Positions 49,668 through 61,697 of a DNA stretch of 64,000 bases are shown here, piece after piece (the stretch's first letter is position 1; each line of letters starts with the position of its first letter). This DNA is from Oikopleura dioica (lineage: Eukaryota; Animalia; Chordata). Both the position numbers and the translations under genes were made by a program. The stretch covers positions 9,015,889 to 9,079,888 of the forward strand of contig OU015569.1 of assembly GCA_907165135.1 (NCBI GenBank). Direction: 5' to 3'. Below the pieces are notes generated by a model. The model saw only the letters and a list, made by a program, of their open reading frames with translations. It was not told the origin of the DNA and ran no database searches.

Positions 49668-50718
49668 TTAATTACCAATAATGCAAATCTTCCAAACACA
49701 GTCTTCCCATGGCTTCCGTTTGAAATTCTTCAATGTAAGAAATCCAAAAGTAAGCCCCACAAATGCTCCGCCAAGATGAGCCGCGTAGCTAACTTGTCCC
49801 AAACTTTGATTCACGTATCGCTGGTATGTCTCATAGACGTCAAAAGTAACATATATTCCTACAGGAAGGAAACGCAAAAGAAAGCCGAACCAGTGCATGT
49901 GATCCAAGTTGAGCATAATATTAGAAAAGCTTGCGAGGATCAAGCAGTAATCTCCGCCAGAACATCCAAGAAGAAGCGTGTTCGTGTTAACGATTCCTGA
50001 CAGTAATGCACCAAAGATAACGCTTCAATGGATCAAATCCAGTTTAGACTAGTCCATACTTTTGCTGTTATCAATTTGATATTTGACCCGTTTCCAACTG
50101 TGTAAATTATGGCGATGCGGGTAGTTCCATGAACCATTTCAAGGGGGATTCCGATCAGCAGTTGCATGATGATATTTCCAAGAAGATGAGGAAGTCCGGC
50201 ATGCAAGTACTGATAAGTGAAGAAACGCCAAATTTCGTCACGTTCGTCAGGGTCAAATATTAATGGCGATTTGATCATTTACCACTTTAGTCGGAGAAGC
50301 TCTTGAAAAGAAGAATAATCCTTGTAGTACTCGCAAAAAATCGCAATCTGCAAGATACTAAGATCTTGTTATAAATCAATTATTAGCAACTAATCAACCT
50401 TGATCCAAGAATAAAAATCGGGAAGGAGCCGGTTCCTTCGTCACAATTGGGAAGACAACTGTATCGTTGATAATAGTACTCATAGTCATCTTCGTTCATT
50501 CCAACGATTCTTCCCGCTGTTTTTGACATCGACTGCTCGAATATTTGTTTTCTTGTTCGAGGTTGTATTTCTCGAACAATCGACTCATCGTTTCTCTGGT
50601 TCTGTTCAAGATCATCGCTATTTTTGTCCCTATGAGGCGGTCTTTCTTTATGTTCCGAAACAATTTTTCTACTTGCGTTCCCGTTTGAAATATTTATCAA
50701 GAACAAATCTTTCAGCAT
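49668..50718 (-). CDS. Rhomboid-family intramembrane serine protease, predicted active because the Ser and His dyad are both present.
   Basis: ORF 50033-50278 (-) reads ...DPDERDEIWRFFTYQYLHAGLPHLLGNIIMQLLIGIPLEMVHGTTRIAIIY, the classic rhomboid TM1-TM2 with the WR..TY.F.H motif. The minus frame at about 49945-50030 reads ...GIVNTNTLLLGCSGGDYCLILAS, the GxSG catalytic serine. ORF 49668-49943 (-) reads ...VSYAAHLGGAFVGLTFGFL, the AHxGG catalytic histidine. A likely N-terminal cytosolic exon is ORF 50383-50718 (-). Confidence 0.7.
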
Positions 50719-50874
50719 CGATCTCTTGCATTTCCATATTTTTTATAAATGCAAAAATACTAGAACTATTCGTCACACCCCACTTGAAGGATTATCACAT
50801 GAACAGTATTTTGATGCTCTTTATAACTTGATTAATGAATTAAAATGTAAAGGAAATATTTATTCACAGGATAA

Positions 50875-51760
50875 TTATGAAAGGTTCTTCTTTTGGTATT
50901 CCATTGATATTTTGTGCAAGTTAGACTCCACTCGTTTCAACCGATGAGTCCACTGAACATGCCATTTTATGATGTTGCACTCGCCAACACGTCCATGAAT
51001 GAGTTCTTCCATTCTTGCTGCCCACTCCGTAGTATTCGTGATTCCTGATTCTGCAGTACTGATAACGTTTTCGCCGCCACCTTTCTCCTGAATGCACCGC
51101 TTGAGACTTTGATTTTGGATCTTGGTGCCGCAAATATGACGTATAAGACGGTTTATGTCTTGAACCATCGAACTGAATACATAACTACAGATGAAAATAC
51201 GCTCAAAGTACCGTATAATCCAGCGACTTGGATCAACGCCCACTTCAGCGAGAATCTTTTCAATTGACCCGCCAAAGTACTGTATACAAAGTTTCTTCGG
51301 AAACGAGGATGCCTTCGATGTCGAAAGTGCTTCCTCGACTTTGAAAAATTCAATATCATCAAAAGTGTCTTCGATTTCAAAGAAGAGCATCTCGGGTGCA
51401 TGCTCGAAGGAAGCAATTTGGGCCTCGGAAAATTGCTTCTCACTTTCGTTTTCAGAGAAACATCTATATCCAACTCCTTTGAATTCTTTTGTGACTATTA
51501 TATTGGCACATTGTTCGGAAGGAGTACAAGAGTGTGTTCCGGCGAAGCATTCGTTGATGTCATGGCAAGTGTAGCCGTAAAAAATCATTCCAGGAGGGCA
51601 TTTGCATCTTTTTCAAGGTTTATGCAAAAAAGAAACAGGAAAACACAATTTACAGATCGATACCTTATCCTGTAAGTACCTCGCTCGTTTTTGCATTGAG
51701 TTGATTCGTCACATGCGTGTATATTTTCAGTGCACTCATCTATGTCAAGACACCTTCTCC
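50875..51760 (-). CDS. Secreted protein with tandem calcium-binding EGF domains and a C-terminal domain of unknown type, possibly fibulin-like. The 5' exons are not resolved.
   Basis: The minus frame at about 51680-51760 reads CLDIDECTENIHACDESTQCKNERGTY and ORF 50875-51588 (-) begins ...DINECFAGTHSCTPSEQCANIIVTKEFKGVGYRCF. Both match the D-x-D/N-E-C...C...N..G.Y/F.C cbEGF pattern. A unique domain of about 190 aa follows. Confidence 0.4.
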
Positions 51761-52369
51761 TTGTGCTGGCTTTTCGACAGAAATCTTCAATTTCATATTA
51801 TACCTATCTATAGTTCTTCTTTATGCAAAAATTCTCTGAGTTAAAGCCTGTCTCTGATAGAAAAAAGCCTTTTGGACACGTTCTTCGAGCCAAGGCCAGC
51901 GAGAAAAATGAAATTCGCACAATTTTCAGCCGCATAAAGACCGTTATTAGACACGACTTTGTCTTGTCCCGCGTTTTAAGGCGGTCTCAACGACCTTGAA
52001 GAACATGATGTTGGAAAAGGGCGCCCAGGTCATGTTTAGAACACCTCTGGTCTTATGAGATTGGTTAGAAGAGCATAAATGGAATTTGAGGAAAAGTGAA
52101 ATTTTACGGTTTTTTCTGGCCGAAGAAAATGATTAGCCGCTTGTTTAAGGTGTTACGTCTGGGAAAACGAGTGATCGAGAAAAGAGTTATGAACCCATTT
52201 GACTTGAATTATATTTGAGCAATCAATAAAACCGCCTTTTCAGATTGAAGATCGAGGGAAATGTCCCGCAAAGACATCAATGGGCGCCTCTTCCGGCCAA
52301 AACTTCACTTATGCTATTTAATAAAATACAACTACTTTCATCGTTCATTAAAGCGTCTAGCATTCTAAA

Positions 52370-54664
52370 ATGACCACCAAAAAGCGAGGAAAGAGAGAAG
52401 AGGTTCTGTACTCTCCAGAAGACGTCCCACCATGGTACATGTGCATCTTGCTTGGCATGCAGCATTTTCTAACCTGCTTAGGCGGCACAGTTTCAATTCC
52501 TCTCATATTAGGAAAAGTTCAATTTCAATAAAAAAAGTAGATAAATTGCTCAACAGACAATTGAGGGTTTAACACAGACGAACTTTTTGAAGCACCAGCT
52601 TTCTGTCTTGGAAATGACAATGAAAGCAACCTGGTAAAATCGTATCTAATGTCGACTCTATTTGTTGGGAGTGGAATCTGTACCATGATCCAAGCTACTT
52701 TTGGAAATAGGTTACCCATTCTTCAAGGAGGCACATTTAGTTTTCTGACGCCCACGTTTGTCCTCATGGGAACTGCACTTTTCAACGTAATCATTTTCGA
52801 TAAAAATGATCATTTATCAGATTCTAGTGCGACAATGTAAAGCCTCTCTCATGCGTCGACAAGACAGAGACGAATATTATGAGTTCAACACTTTTTGATT
52901 TTGAAGGGATGAAATGCTGTGAAATCGAAACTGGATGCGAAGAACTTTTCAATAATCCAGCGATAAATGAGACCTCTGCGATGAAGTATTTCCGGGACGT
53001 TGACAACGATGGCAATCCGACGATTGTTTCTTTTGAGAGAGTATGGCAACGCCGTGTACGAGAAGTTCAGGGTGCCATTATAACCGCTTCTCTGGTAGAG
53101 CTATTCCTCGGCGCCACAGGGCTAATCGGCGTTGTATTGACATTCATATCGCCACTCGCCATTGCTCCCGTCATCACTCTCGTCGGCCTAACACTTTATG
53201 TTCCAGCGATAGAACACGCAGAAGTCAACTGGCCAATCGCTATTTTGTCATTCATCCTCGTCACTTTGTTCAGTCAATACCTTGGGAAAGTTCAGTGGCG
53301 GATCCCTTATATCAAAAACAAAAAACTTGCCTGGACAAAGTTTCCCGTTTTTGAAGTCTTTCCTGTTCTTCTTGGTATGAGCTTTCGGCAAAAAAGGGAG
53401 TAACAACGCTGATTTTAGGTCTAATAATTTCATGGGGCATATGTGGAATTCTAACTGCTGCTGCTAATAATAATCCTAGCATGACAAAGGTAACCTGATA
53501 TTGAATCAAATTTACATGATATCGAAAAGCTTAACGATCCGACTCATTTCTGGTACCAAGCAAGGACCGATATCAAAGCACAAGTTATTGGAGATGCTCC
53601 TTGGTTCAGGTACGCACTTCAAAAGTTCCAATATCTATCAATGCGATTAGATTTGTGTATCCATTCCAATGGGGAGCTCCGTCTTTTTCCGCTGCCGGTA
53701 CTGTTGGTCTATTGTCAGGCGTGTTCGCTGGCATGCTGGAGTCAATCGGCGACTACTATGCTGCAGCGGATATTGCTAATATACCTCCACCACCTGTACA
53801 TGCAATCAATAGAGGTTGACTCAAATTGTTATTTTTAACATAAAAATGTGAAGGGATAATGATGGAAGGAATCGCATGTGTCATCGCTGGCTCTCTCGGA
53901 TCTGGAAATGGGACAACAACTTATTCAGAAAACATTGCAACCCTAAGAATTACAAAATGTGCATCGCGGTGTATGATTCAAACTGCCGCTTTGATTTTAT
54001 TTATTCTCGGCTTCTTTGGAAAATTCACTGCTTTCTTCACAACGTTACCTGAACCAGTTATTGGCGGACTTTACTTTGTCATGTTTGGGCTCATTTCTGG
54101 TGTCGGAATATCGAACTTGAAATATGTGGACTTGGGATCATCAAGAAATGTATTCGTCTTTGGGTTTTCAATATTCCTAGGACTTGCCTTGCCGTTTTGG
54201 TCAGAGCGCCATCCCAACTCTATCAACACTGGATCGACCGGTCTCGATCAGGTAAAATAAGAATAAACTGCCGAATTCAAATTGTGCAGTATTCTATCAT
54301 ACATTCAGGTCATTGTTGTTCTTATGTCCACTGCACCGTTCGTCGCAGGAGTTGCTGCTATCCTGCTCGATAACACTATTCCCGGAACTCGGCAAGAAAG
54401 AGGATTAGCATCGTGGAATTCCTCTGCGGAATTTAAGGTTTTTAAGTTGAATTCGATTGTCATAAAAGATTGATTAAGGATGAGGATTTTCAAGTTTATG
54501 ACATTCCATGGCTCAGATTCATAACAAATATCAGCTGGATGAGACACATCCCTATTTCTCCTGCATATCAGCCAAAACCTTCTGTTTGGCCAAGAAAAGT
54601 CTGTCCTTGCTCTCAAAAAGATGAAGACGTTGAAGAATGCATAACGAATAAAACCTCACTTTAA
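52370..54664 (+). CDS. SLC23A: Solute carrier family 23 (nucleobase-ascorbate transporter / SVCT-like) in many exons.
   Basis: Exon 1 reads [48 protein letters not shown], compared with SVCT [24 protein letters not shown]. Later exons read ...[36 protein letters not shown]... and ...[59 protein letters not shown]...[15 protein letters not shown]... The exon ...[55 protein letters not shown] is the SLC23 signature. Further exons read ...[51 protein letters not shown]... and ...[33 protein letters not shown]... The C-terminal tail ends at 54664. Confidence 0.85.
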
Positions 54665-54828
54665 AAGATACTTCACCACACGCTACATGGATTCAAAATA
54701 TAACTGGCCTTTTTCTACGAAGCTATATCAAGTTTATTTCTGTAGAATTCTTTAATATGGATGTTTTCGTGACGGGTGGTAGGTTTCCCCTTTGACGAAA
54801 TCGCGCAAATCCTTGAAAATCGCAAGTT

Positions 54829-55164
54829 TCATAGATAGGTTAATTTAAAATTTACCCTGAAATGGGGATATCGTTGAATCTTCCGCGGGAACGCACTGCC
54901 GTCCCATTTTCGCATGTATTGGCAGCAATAACTTTTCTTCTTGTGAGCGTCTAGAGCGCCGATCTTCTTGAAGAAAGCGTACAGTCGTTTATTCTCGCTC
55001 ACCCAGTGCGGCAGATTCGGATACTTTGGATCGCGGTTGCGCGTTTCTGGAATCGCTTCTAATCTTCGTCGATAGCGGCAGTAGTAACGTCGAGGATTGA
55101 GATTTTCTGTGACGAAGCGAAACGTTGATTCTCTTTGGTAGAAATAATGAAATGCGTAAATCAA
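54829..55164 (-). CDS. Hypothetical small basic protein of unknown function, possibly mitochondrial.
   Basis: ORF 54829-55164 (-) reads MIYAFHYFYQRESTFRFVTENLNPRRYYCRYRRRLEAIPETRNRDPKYPNLPHWVSENKRLYAFFKKIGALDAHKKKSYCCQYMRKWDGSAFPRKIQRY... I recognise no family. Confidence 0.25.
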   Translation of the reverse strand: MIYAFHYFYQRESTFRFVTENLNPRRYYCRYRRRLEAIPETRNRDPKYPNLPHWVSENKRLYAFFKKIGALDAHKKKSYCCQYMRKWDGSAFPRKIQRYPHFRVNFKLTYL

Positions 55165-55430
55165 CAGTTATAGCAAGAATTTCAACCCTTAGCCAAAACA
55201 ATCATCAAAGGAAGGCCTATTATGAACTATTTTTCGGAAGTTGTAATAATAGTCTTTCTCCTGTTCAGTAAAGATCATCTGAGGAATTGGCTCAAGGCGA
55301 GGATCCGCTTTTTGAATTCGACCACCATTTATTTTCCCATTTTCGATCATCGAGTGCTGCGTTCCACTGCTTGTCGGAAACTGTTCCCAAAGCGCAACAT
55401 CTTATTTAGATCTACACCTCTCATTATTAT

Positions 55431-55855
55431 TCAATTTGCTAAAGATTGTGATTCCTGTCCTCTATACTTCCAAATATTTTCCATCCGCTGTTGATTCTCG
55501 TCGGTATTAACGGCAAGTCGACGCAAGATCCACTTCATCTTCTCCTCCTTCATCCCTTCCTCATTTTCCTCGTTATTGTTGTCGCCACCGAAAAAGTCAT
55601 CTTCCGAAGAAATGACTCTGGACAAACTCATATTTTCCAACTCCGCGGAGAGAATTTCAGCGTAAAGAATGCCATCGTCCTGAGAACGCGAGAATGTTAG
55701 GACTATCTACAGTAGGCTACGTATATCTGGTCATCAACGCGACAGATAGCATAAAATTCTCTTGAGTTACCTTTGGGGCATTTTCCTCATCAGCGGTCTC
55801 TGCAATTCGAAAATTAGAATCCTCGGCGGATTTAAAATTTGGTACCGCCATTTTA
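55431..55855 (-). CDS. Hypothetical small acidic protein in at least two exons.
   Basis: The minus strand has an ATG near 55853 and reads MAVPNFKSAEDSNFRIAETADEENAPK, followed by a gtaact donor. A downstream exon, ORF 55431-55640 (-), reads ...ENMSLSRVISSEDDFFGGDNNNEENEEGMKEEKMKWILRRLAVNTDENQQRMENIWKYRGQESQSLAN and ends with a stop. Confidence 0.3.
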
Positions 55856-56656
55856 AAATTGTAAATAAATTTTCTGAGTTGTGCCCGTTTAGGCCCGAGT
55901 CAAAGCGATTCTACGACCCGAAAGAGAAGAAGCATCTACGCCGAGATTTCATGAAAGCTCCTGGTTGAAAATGAGTTTTCAAATCTATTTCTGTCGAAAT
56001 ACTGCTTTCTGTTATAATTCTGCATGAACGATAAGGTTAGACTGCTATTCTGCGCACTATGCAAGAACAAAACAATTTTCACTACTTTAGTCCAATAACC
56101 GGTAGTTTTATTGATGGAAAGTTGTGGAAATGTACGTATTCAACAAGTAAGGTATTATATAGGTGTTTATAATAATAATGAAGAAATTCGTCAGCAGAGT
56201 ACTAAAATAGTAAACGATAAGAGAAGTAGGGATCATATGAGAATGGAGATAGGCCACCGATAAGAGTTTTGAAGAGCGATAACCGGTAATCCTGAAGGTC
56301 ATCTTTCTGAATGTTAGATGCGGATAGGTAAGAGTGTGTTCTTGAAGGTCGTCGGCACAGAGCATGGTTTGTTCTTACAAGCGAGAAGAAGCGTATCCTT
56401 TGGTAATAAAAATGTATCCGTTACAGTAATGGCACACAGAATTAGATGATTGCCACGTAGTTTAATGAAGAAGTTTCTGGGTTAGAGTAATTGACACACC
56501 ATTTCTTTGATGTAGTCTTTGTTCTTATTTATGTACTTTCGGGTGTCCCACATCAGCTAAAACGATTGCTAGATTTGGCTTGAAGCAGTTAGATTACCTG
56601 GAAAAGTTTTGTGTTGTCGGTCTCGTCTAGCTGAATATCCGCAGACATTTGTGGAT

Positions 56657-59600
56657 TCAGACGATAATAAGCAGTCCCGAGTGCGTCGCAGAACGATTGA
56701 GCTCGACGCTTGAAACGCATTTGTTAAATTTGGGGAACGATAAAAACGATCTTACCACAACCCATCTGTCGCATTCGCAAACCGTATCGACGAACATTTT
56801 GGCTAATTCGACCGTCGCCGTCAGTGATTTGTAAGCTTCAAGAGCATTCGTCGGCCAAATTCTGTCTGTAGCACGGCTTTTCACTACAGGTTGGTTGCCA
56901 GTGCCAAGAGAGACAACGATTTTAATGGATTCTTTGCCAGTGTCGTCGGACTCAGGGGTTTTATTGTACTCATTCACTTCGCGGATGATTTCAACGAGTG
57001 CGTCAATTGTTGGATTGTTGGCGGCGAGACCTCCGTCGAGGAAACGCCCCATTGCGGGGAAGAATGTAGGGGCTGCTCCAGTGCAACGCGCCGCTAAATT
57101 AGCTGTAAATATTAATTATACACCGTTTCTTACCTTTCCAGACTTCGTCATTTCTATGCTCGATCGTTGGTTCAAACTTGTGCTCTCCATCTGTCGTTTT
57201 TGGGAGAAAGTTGTCAACTTTGCCAGCTGGAATAAAATTCCTAAACCAGAAAAGCTCCGCTGGCTGACGATCAGCAAGCATCGAGGTAACGAGAACGCGG
57301 GGCTCGTTGATATCGAGCATTTTTTGTTGTCCGTAAAGTTCTTGTAAGGCAGATTCCAAAGGCGCTTCGTGATAAGGACGCTTCCCATGAAAACAGTCAT
57401 CTTTTAGCTTTTGCGAGGATAAGAATGGCTCATAAAGATTTTCTAATTGGAATGATACCCTTTAGATAATTATAGCATCGCAAACATCAATCGAAACGAA
57501 CTTTATCCGCTCCTTGAGGTAGAATCGTTGAATATCTGTTGCTCGATATTTTTGCATGAGACCGAGGGCGGCCATTCCTCCAGTTGAAGTTCCCACAAGA
57601 TAATCGAAGAGCGTATGTATTGGCCGTCCGGCTTCTTGCTCGATTGCAATCAGAAGCTGCGTCAGAACAAGTCCCCGAATTCCACCACCATCCAATGATA
57701 GAATACGCAAGTTTTTCCGCAAATTATGTCGGCTCGATTTTGCTTCCTTGAGATCTTCTATTTCATCCATCGATTTGGCACGAAGGGGTGCTATAAAATG
57801 GACGGAGAAAGGCTTCTATTTAGTTTTGATTGTCTAATATATGATATATTTTAGATCTTATGCACTTTTCCCATCGTTTCCTTCATGAGCTGACACCGAC
57901 GATTTGACAGAACGACAGGATTCGCTTCGACTTACAGTAAGAGAGTACGAGTTATTGTGATTTATATCTCCAGACGATGAATTAATGTTCGACGGATGGA
58001 GAAACTCCTTTTCTTTGGCTTTCTGTGGAATGGGGGACTCTGGTTCGACGACCATCGCACCGACTTCGTGTAAGGCAACTAGAATTTCTTCTTTTGAGCT
58101 TTCTTTTGATTCAAGCGCGACAAGTCCTGGAGTCTTTTTGTCATCATTTTTCATTTGGTAGTTAGCGCCGAATAATATCAAAGCCTAAAGGTCTAATTAG
58201 TTCTTATTTTCAACTAATGAAAGGTTACCTTGATAAGCTGGAGATTTCCCGAAAGAACCGCAAAGTGAAGAGGAGTATTTCCGTTTTCTCCGACTGCATT
58301 GACATCGGCACTATGCAAAACGAGCTCATATGCTGCTTCTGTTCTTTGTTTTTTGATCATGACATGGAGCGGCGTTGATTTATCCGCAGATACAGCATTT
58401 ACTAAGGCACCCTTTTTCGTTAGAAGTCGTATGTCTTCCTAAAATGGAGAGTAAGCATTGCAAAATAATGTATGAAAACCTTTGTCCTGGACCAGTGAAG
58501 AGGCGTTCCACCATATTTTTCATCACACGCGTTGATTTCATCATCGTCGTATGAAAGAACTTTGTCTAATAGATCTACTCTTCTTTTTTCGTCACCGTTA
58601 GCATGCTTGAGAACTACTCCCCAGTAACAATTTTAGGGTAGGGTGGGTTGCGTCATTTCAGCGCTGCGCTCCCGGTACAATACCTACCACACCGCCCGCA
58701 GCAAGCGCCTTTCTCAAAAAGCGCAATCTCTATTGGATTTTACGCTCGCTGCGGGCGGTGTGGTAGGTATTGTACCGGGAGCGCAGCGCTGAAATGACGC
58801 AACCCATCCTACCCTAAAATTGTTACACGGGAGTAGATGAGCCAGTCTACCAGTCGCACTTGAAACGCAAGGCTGAGCTCCAGCATCAAGAAGACCATGA
58901 AAGAACTTATCTTTGCCTTCGATTGTGGCCTTGTGCAGCGGGTTTTGACCTTCATTATTCAAAATATTCATTGCCGGGTCGGGTCGTTCGATCGGAGCTT
59001 CATCTATTAGGTACTGGAACCATGGATAGCCCTCGTCTGGGTCTCTGAATTATTCTGTGACTCTTGTGAGTGTTTATGATCAGCTACCTTAGAATGTAGT
59101 GATAAATCGTGCATCCCTCCGAATCCTGAGCAGTAGTTTTTGCGCCAATTGCAAGTAAATGTTCGAACATCTCTCGTTTATTCTGAGCAACTGCAAGATG
59201 TAGTGGAGTTCTTCCCAAAGAATCGCCATCACCGTAATCTAACCGTTTCGTTGGAGGCGAGTTTACTGAAATTTTACGTTGATTCAATTTGAAAAGAATT
59301 CAAGCTTACCGGATAAAACAGCTTTAATAGAAACATCCACAGCAATATGAGCAGAACTCCAGCCTTGTTCTTTTCGTGCAGAATTTAAAACAAGTTGAAC
59401 AACTCCCGCATTATAAAGACTTTGAATGTCCAACTCGTAGAGAATAAGTGCCAAGCGAGAGAACTCGTTGAGAGCTTCGGTTTCTTTCTGCAATGGAAGA
59501 CGGAAGAATCTGATTACTTGCTTTGTCGCTTGTCTGAGTATCGGTGAGAACTCTTGACTAAAATATAATTTTCAATATATCTTATATAATATATTTTAAT

Positions 59601-59896
59601 TATTCTCAAACTGAATTTTTTGCAGTTCTCACTATCCTTGGATTTTGAAGATACGCGTCGAACCATTTCTCAGACTTTATAAGATGAATGTGTTTAAATG
59701 ACTCGATAACAATTTCTTTCTTCTCAGTTTGACTGTTTTTTATATTCAAGAAAGTTTCGTATTCTCTAGTTCCAAGTTCATAGGCAGTATACGGCTGATT
59801 AATAAGTTCTTGCACAGCAAGCACACTTCTCTGAGCAACTTGTGTCAGACCATCAGTAACATCTTGCCGTATTGAGTCGAATGTCTTTTTTAACAT
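56657..59896 (-). CDS. PLA2G6: 85-kDa calcium-independent phospholipase A2 (iPLA2-beta) with ankyrin repeats and a patatin domain, in many exons.
   Basis: The N-terminal exon, ORF 59606-59896 (-), reads [11 protein letters not shown]...[27 protein letters not shown]... The ankyrin exons, ORFs 59084-59287, 58714-58971 and 57858-58181 (-), read ...[34 protein letters not shown]... and ...[30 protein letters not shown]... The patatin exon 57462-57770 (-) reads ...[50 protein letters not shown], giving GGGxRG and the GTSTGG nucleophile elbow. Exon 57099-57359 (-) reads ...[21 protein letters not shown]..., compared with human LTGTLSDRQPAELHLFRNY. Exon 56657-57052 (-) reads [31 protein letters not shown]...[11 protein letters not shown]..., giving the DGG catalytic Asp and collinear with human [26 protein letters not shown]. 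Confidence 0.85.
58614..58836. repeat. Long, near-perfect foldback or hairpin element of about 220 bp inside a PLA2G6 intron. It has 77-bp core arms with one mismatch and a 48-bp loop, and is either MITE-like or a hairpin-RNA precursor.
   Basis: The left arm GTAACAATTTTAGGGTAGGGTGGGTTGCGTCATTTCAGCGCTGCGCTCCCGGTACAATACCTACCACACCGCCCGCAGC (58624-58700) is the reverse complement of the right arm GCTGCGGGCGGTGTGGTAGGTATTGTACCGGGAGCGCAGCGCTGAAATGACGCAACCCATCCTACCCTAAAATTGTTAC (about 58749-58826). Complementarity continues imperfectly for about 10 more bp on each side, CTACTCCCCA at the left end against rc(ACGGGAGTAG) = CTACTCCCGT at the right end, where 8 of 10 positions pair. Confidence 0.7.
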
Positions 59897-59989
59897 TTTC
59901 GAAATATCGAATTCGAACGTCTCTCAAACTCATCAAATCACTAAAAAAAAGTTTCTAATATTTTAATTTTCCCATTTTCACTTGATCGA

Positions 59990-60060
59990 AACGAGAGACT
60001 CAAACTCCGCTCCGTGATTGGCCGGTTTGAAATAATTGGAATTTATTTTTCGGCGACCTG
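59990..60060. promoter_or_regulatory. Putative PLA2G6 promoter region with an inverted CCAAT box.
   Basis: GTGATTGGCCGG, an inverted CCAAT, lies at about 60015-60026, roughly 120 bp upstream of the minus-strand PLA2G6 start codon. Confidence 0.25.
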
Positions 60061-60081
60061 GTTAAGATTTATTTTCATATA

Positions 60082-60242
60082 CAGTGGGTTGCGCAGTTGG
60101 TTGCCCCTTTGTGATTGCAGCTTTGGTTGCCCCTTTGCCCGCGCTTTTTCTATTGTTCCTTTCTAGACTCGCTCAAAGTGATTGCAGGATTGGTTGCCCC
60201 TTCACCCGCTCTTTAGGGGGCAACTACCTGCGCAACCCACTG
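60082..60242. mobile_element. Tc1/mariner-type MITE of about 161 bp. Its terminal inverted repeats of 26 bp begin with CAGTGGG, and it is flanked by a TA target-site duplication.
   Basis: The left terminus is TA|CAGTGGGTTGCGCAGTTGGTTGCCCC (60082-60107). The right terminus is GGGGCAACTACCTGCGCAACCCACTG|TA and ends at 60242. The two termini are reverse complements with 2 mismatches in 26. The interior contains three degenerate copies of GATTGCAGNTTTGGTTGCCCC. It has no ORF. Confidence 0.6.
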
Positions 60243-60508
60243 TACATCAATCATATATTGACAATATCGTTTACTGTAATGTCAAATTGTAACTAAAAGA
60301 AAAAAAAAATAATAAAGATGTCAGTTGATAGTTGCAAGAATTAGAAGCTACATCTTTTGATGTTTGTCTGTCGTTGTCGTAGGTTTCGGTCTTCGCGATT
60401 TTCTCATCGATTCTGAAAGAGTGTTGCCAGCGATTTGTTGATGCGTTTGTGTTTCCCGTGGTGCAGCCTCAAGTTTTTGTCTAGATAAGAAGTTTATTTT
60501 TGGTCATA

Positions 60509-61308
60509 CTACTTAATAAACTTTTTCAAATATGCGATTTCTTCCTTAAGTCGTTCGTTTTGGTCATTTAATAAATCACGAAATTTTTCGGTTTGCTCGT
60601 GGGCCGTCTTCAGATGATTATATTCCTTCCTCAAATGGTCTCTTTCATCTTTGTATCGTTTCGAATTTTCTTTTTCGGACGCCAGTTCATCGTATTTCTT
60701 ATCAAGCCGATCATGTATGTTTTTTAGCTCATCTTTGTATGCTTTTTCACTGCCCCTTGCATTCTCCTTGAGATCTGTAAATTTATTTCTAAGCTCATCT
60801 CTTTCCTCTTTGTATCGTTTAAGTGAATCCATTAAAGTAGATTGCGCCTCGATCTGCTTATAAGCTTCTCTTAACTGATCTTGACAGTCAATTAACTCAT
60901 GCTCAGCTGATGTTTTCGAAGATTCAATCATCAGAATTTTTTCAGTAGCATTCGATTGATCTTGCTTCAGCGAATCAATCTCGCCTGATTGCTGGCGAAT
61001 AATTTCAACTAATTCATCGACTCGTTCGTTTAATTTTTTCGTTTCATTCTTATTAAAGTTTTCAAACATTAACATATACTAGTTGTCATTAAAATGAAAC
61101 CTTTAAAACTTTCCTTAGCGACAAAAATTTGTCTTTCCTTATCTTTTAATTCTTCTTTGTCTGATCTAACTGCGAGGCTCTTCTGGGTGCTCTCCCTCTT
61201 TAGTGATTCGATCCCATCCATCAGATTTTGGAAAGCGTTCTGCATAGATGCTTGGCATTTATCAAAAGTATCCATAGCGTAAGAAGATGTTTGCTCGGTT
61301 GATATCAC
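60509..61308 (-). CDS. Hypothetical coiled-coil protein.
   Basis: ORF 60509-61075 (-) is 188 aa, highly charged and heptad-rich: ...LKQDQSNATEKILMIESSKTSAEHELIDCQDQLREAYKQIEAQSTLMDSLKRYKEERDELRNKFTDLKE...KRYKDERDHLRKEYNHLKTAHEQTEKFRDLLNDQNERLKEEIAYLKKFIK. The upstream ORF 61069-61308 (-) has similar character. Confidence 0.45.
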
Positions 61309-61697
61309 TTCGATAGGCGAAAATCTAAGACTGCATTAGTACCAACGATTAAATATTATGTCTTCATATGAAATAAAAACCTCACCTTGAATCATATTCT
61401 TGATTATATGTCGGAACATCCTCTGGTCTTTTTTCAGACGGTTTATTATTTTTTGCGCTTAATTTCAATGTAAAGCAAATAAAATCTTCAGAAATTAATA
61501 CCTTGAGTGATTATTCTTCATTGTTTTCAAAACAGTATCATGCTGGCGTGTATTTTCAATAGGACCGGGGGGACATTGATCCGTATAATTTCCATTTATG
61601 TAACTAAATTGTCCTTCTTCAAAATTCTTTTTGATTTCAAAATTTTTGTGATTTAATATCAAAATTCTTCGGATTTGAAAGGTCAGCATTGTTATCT

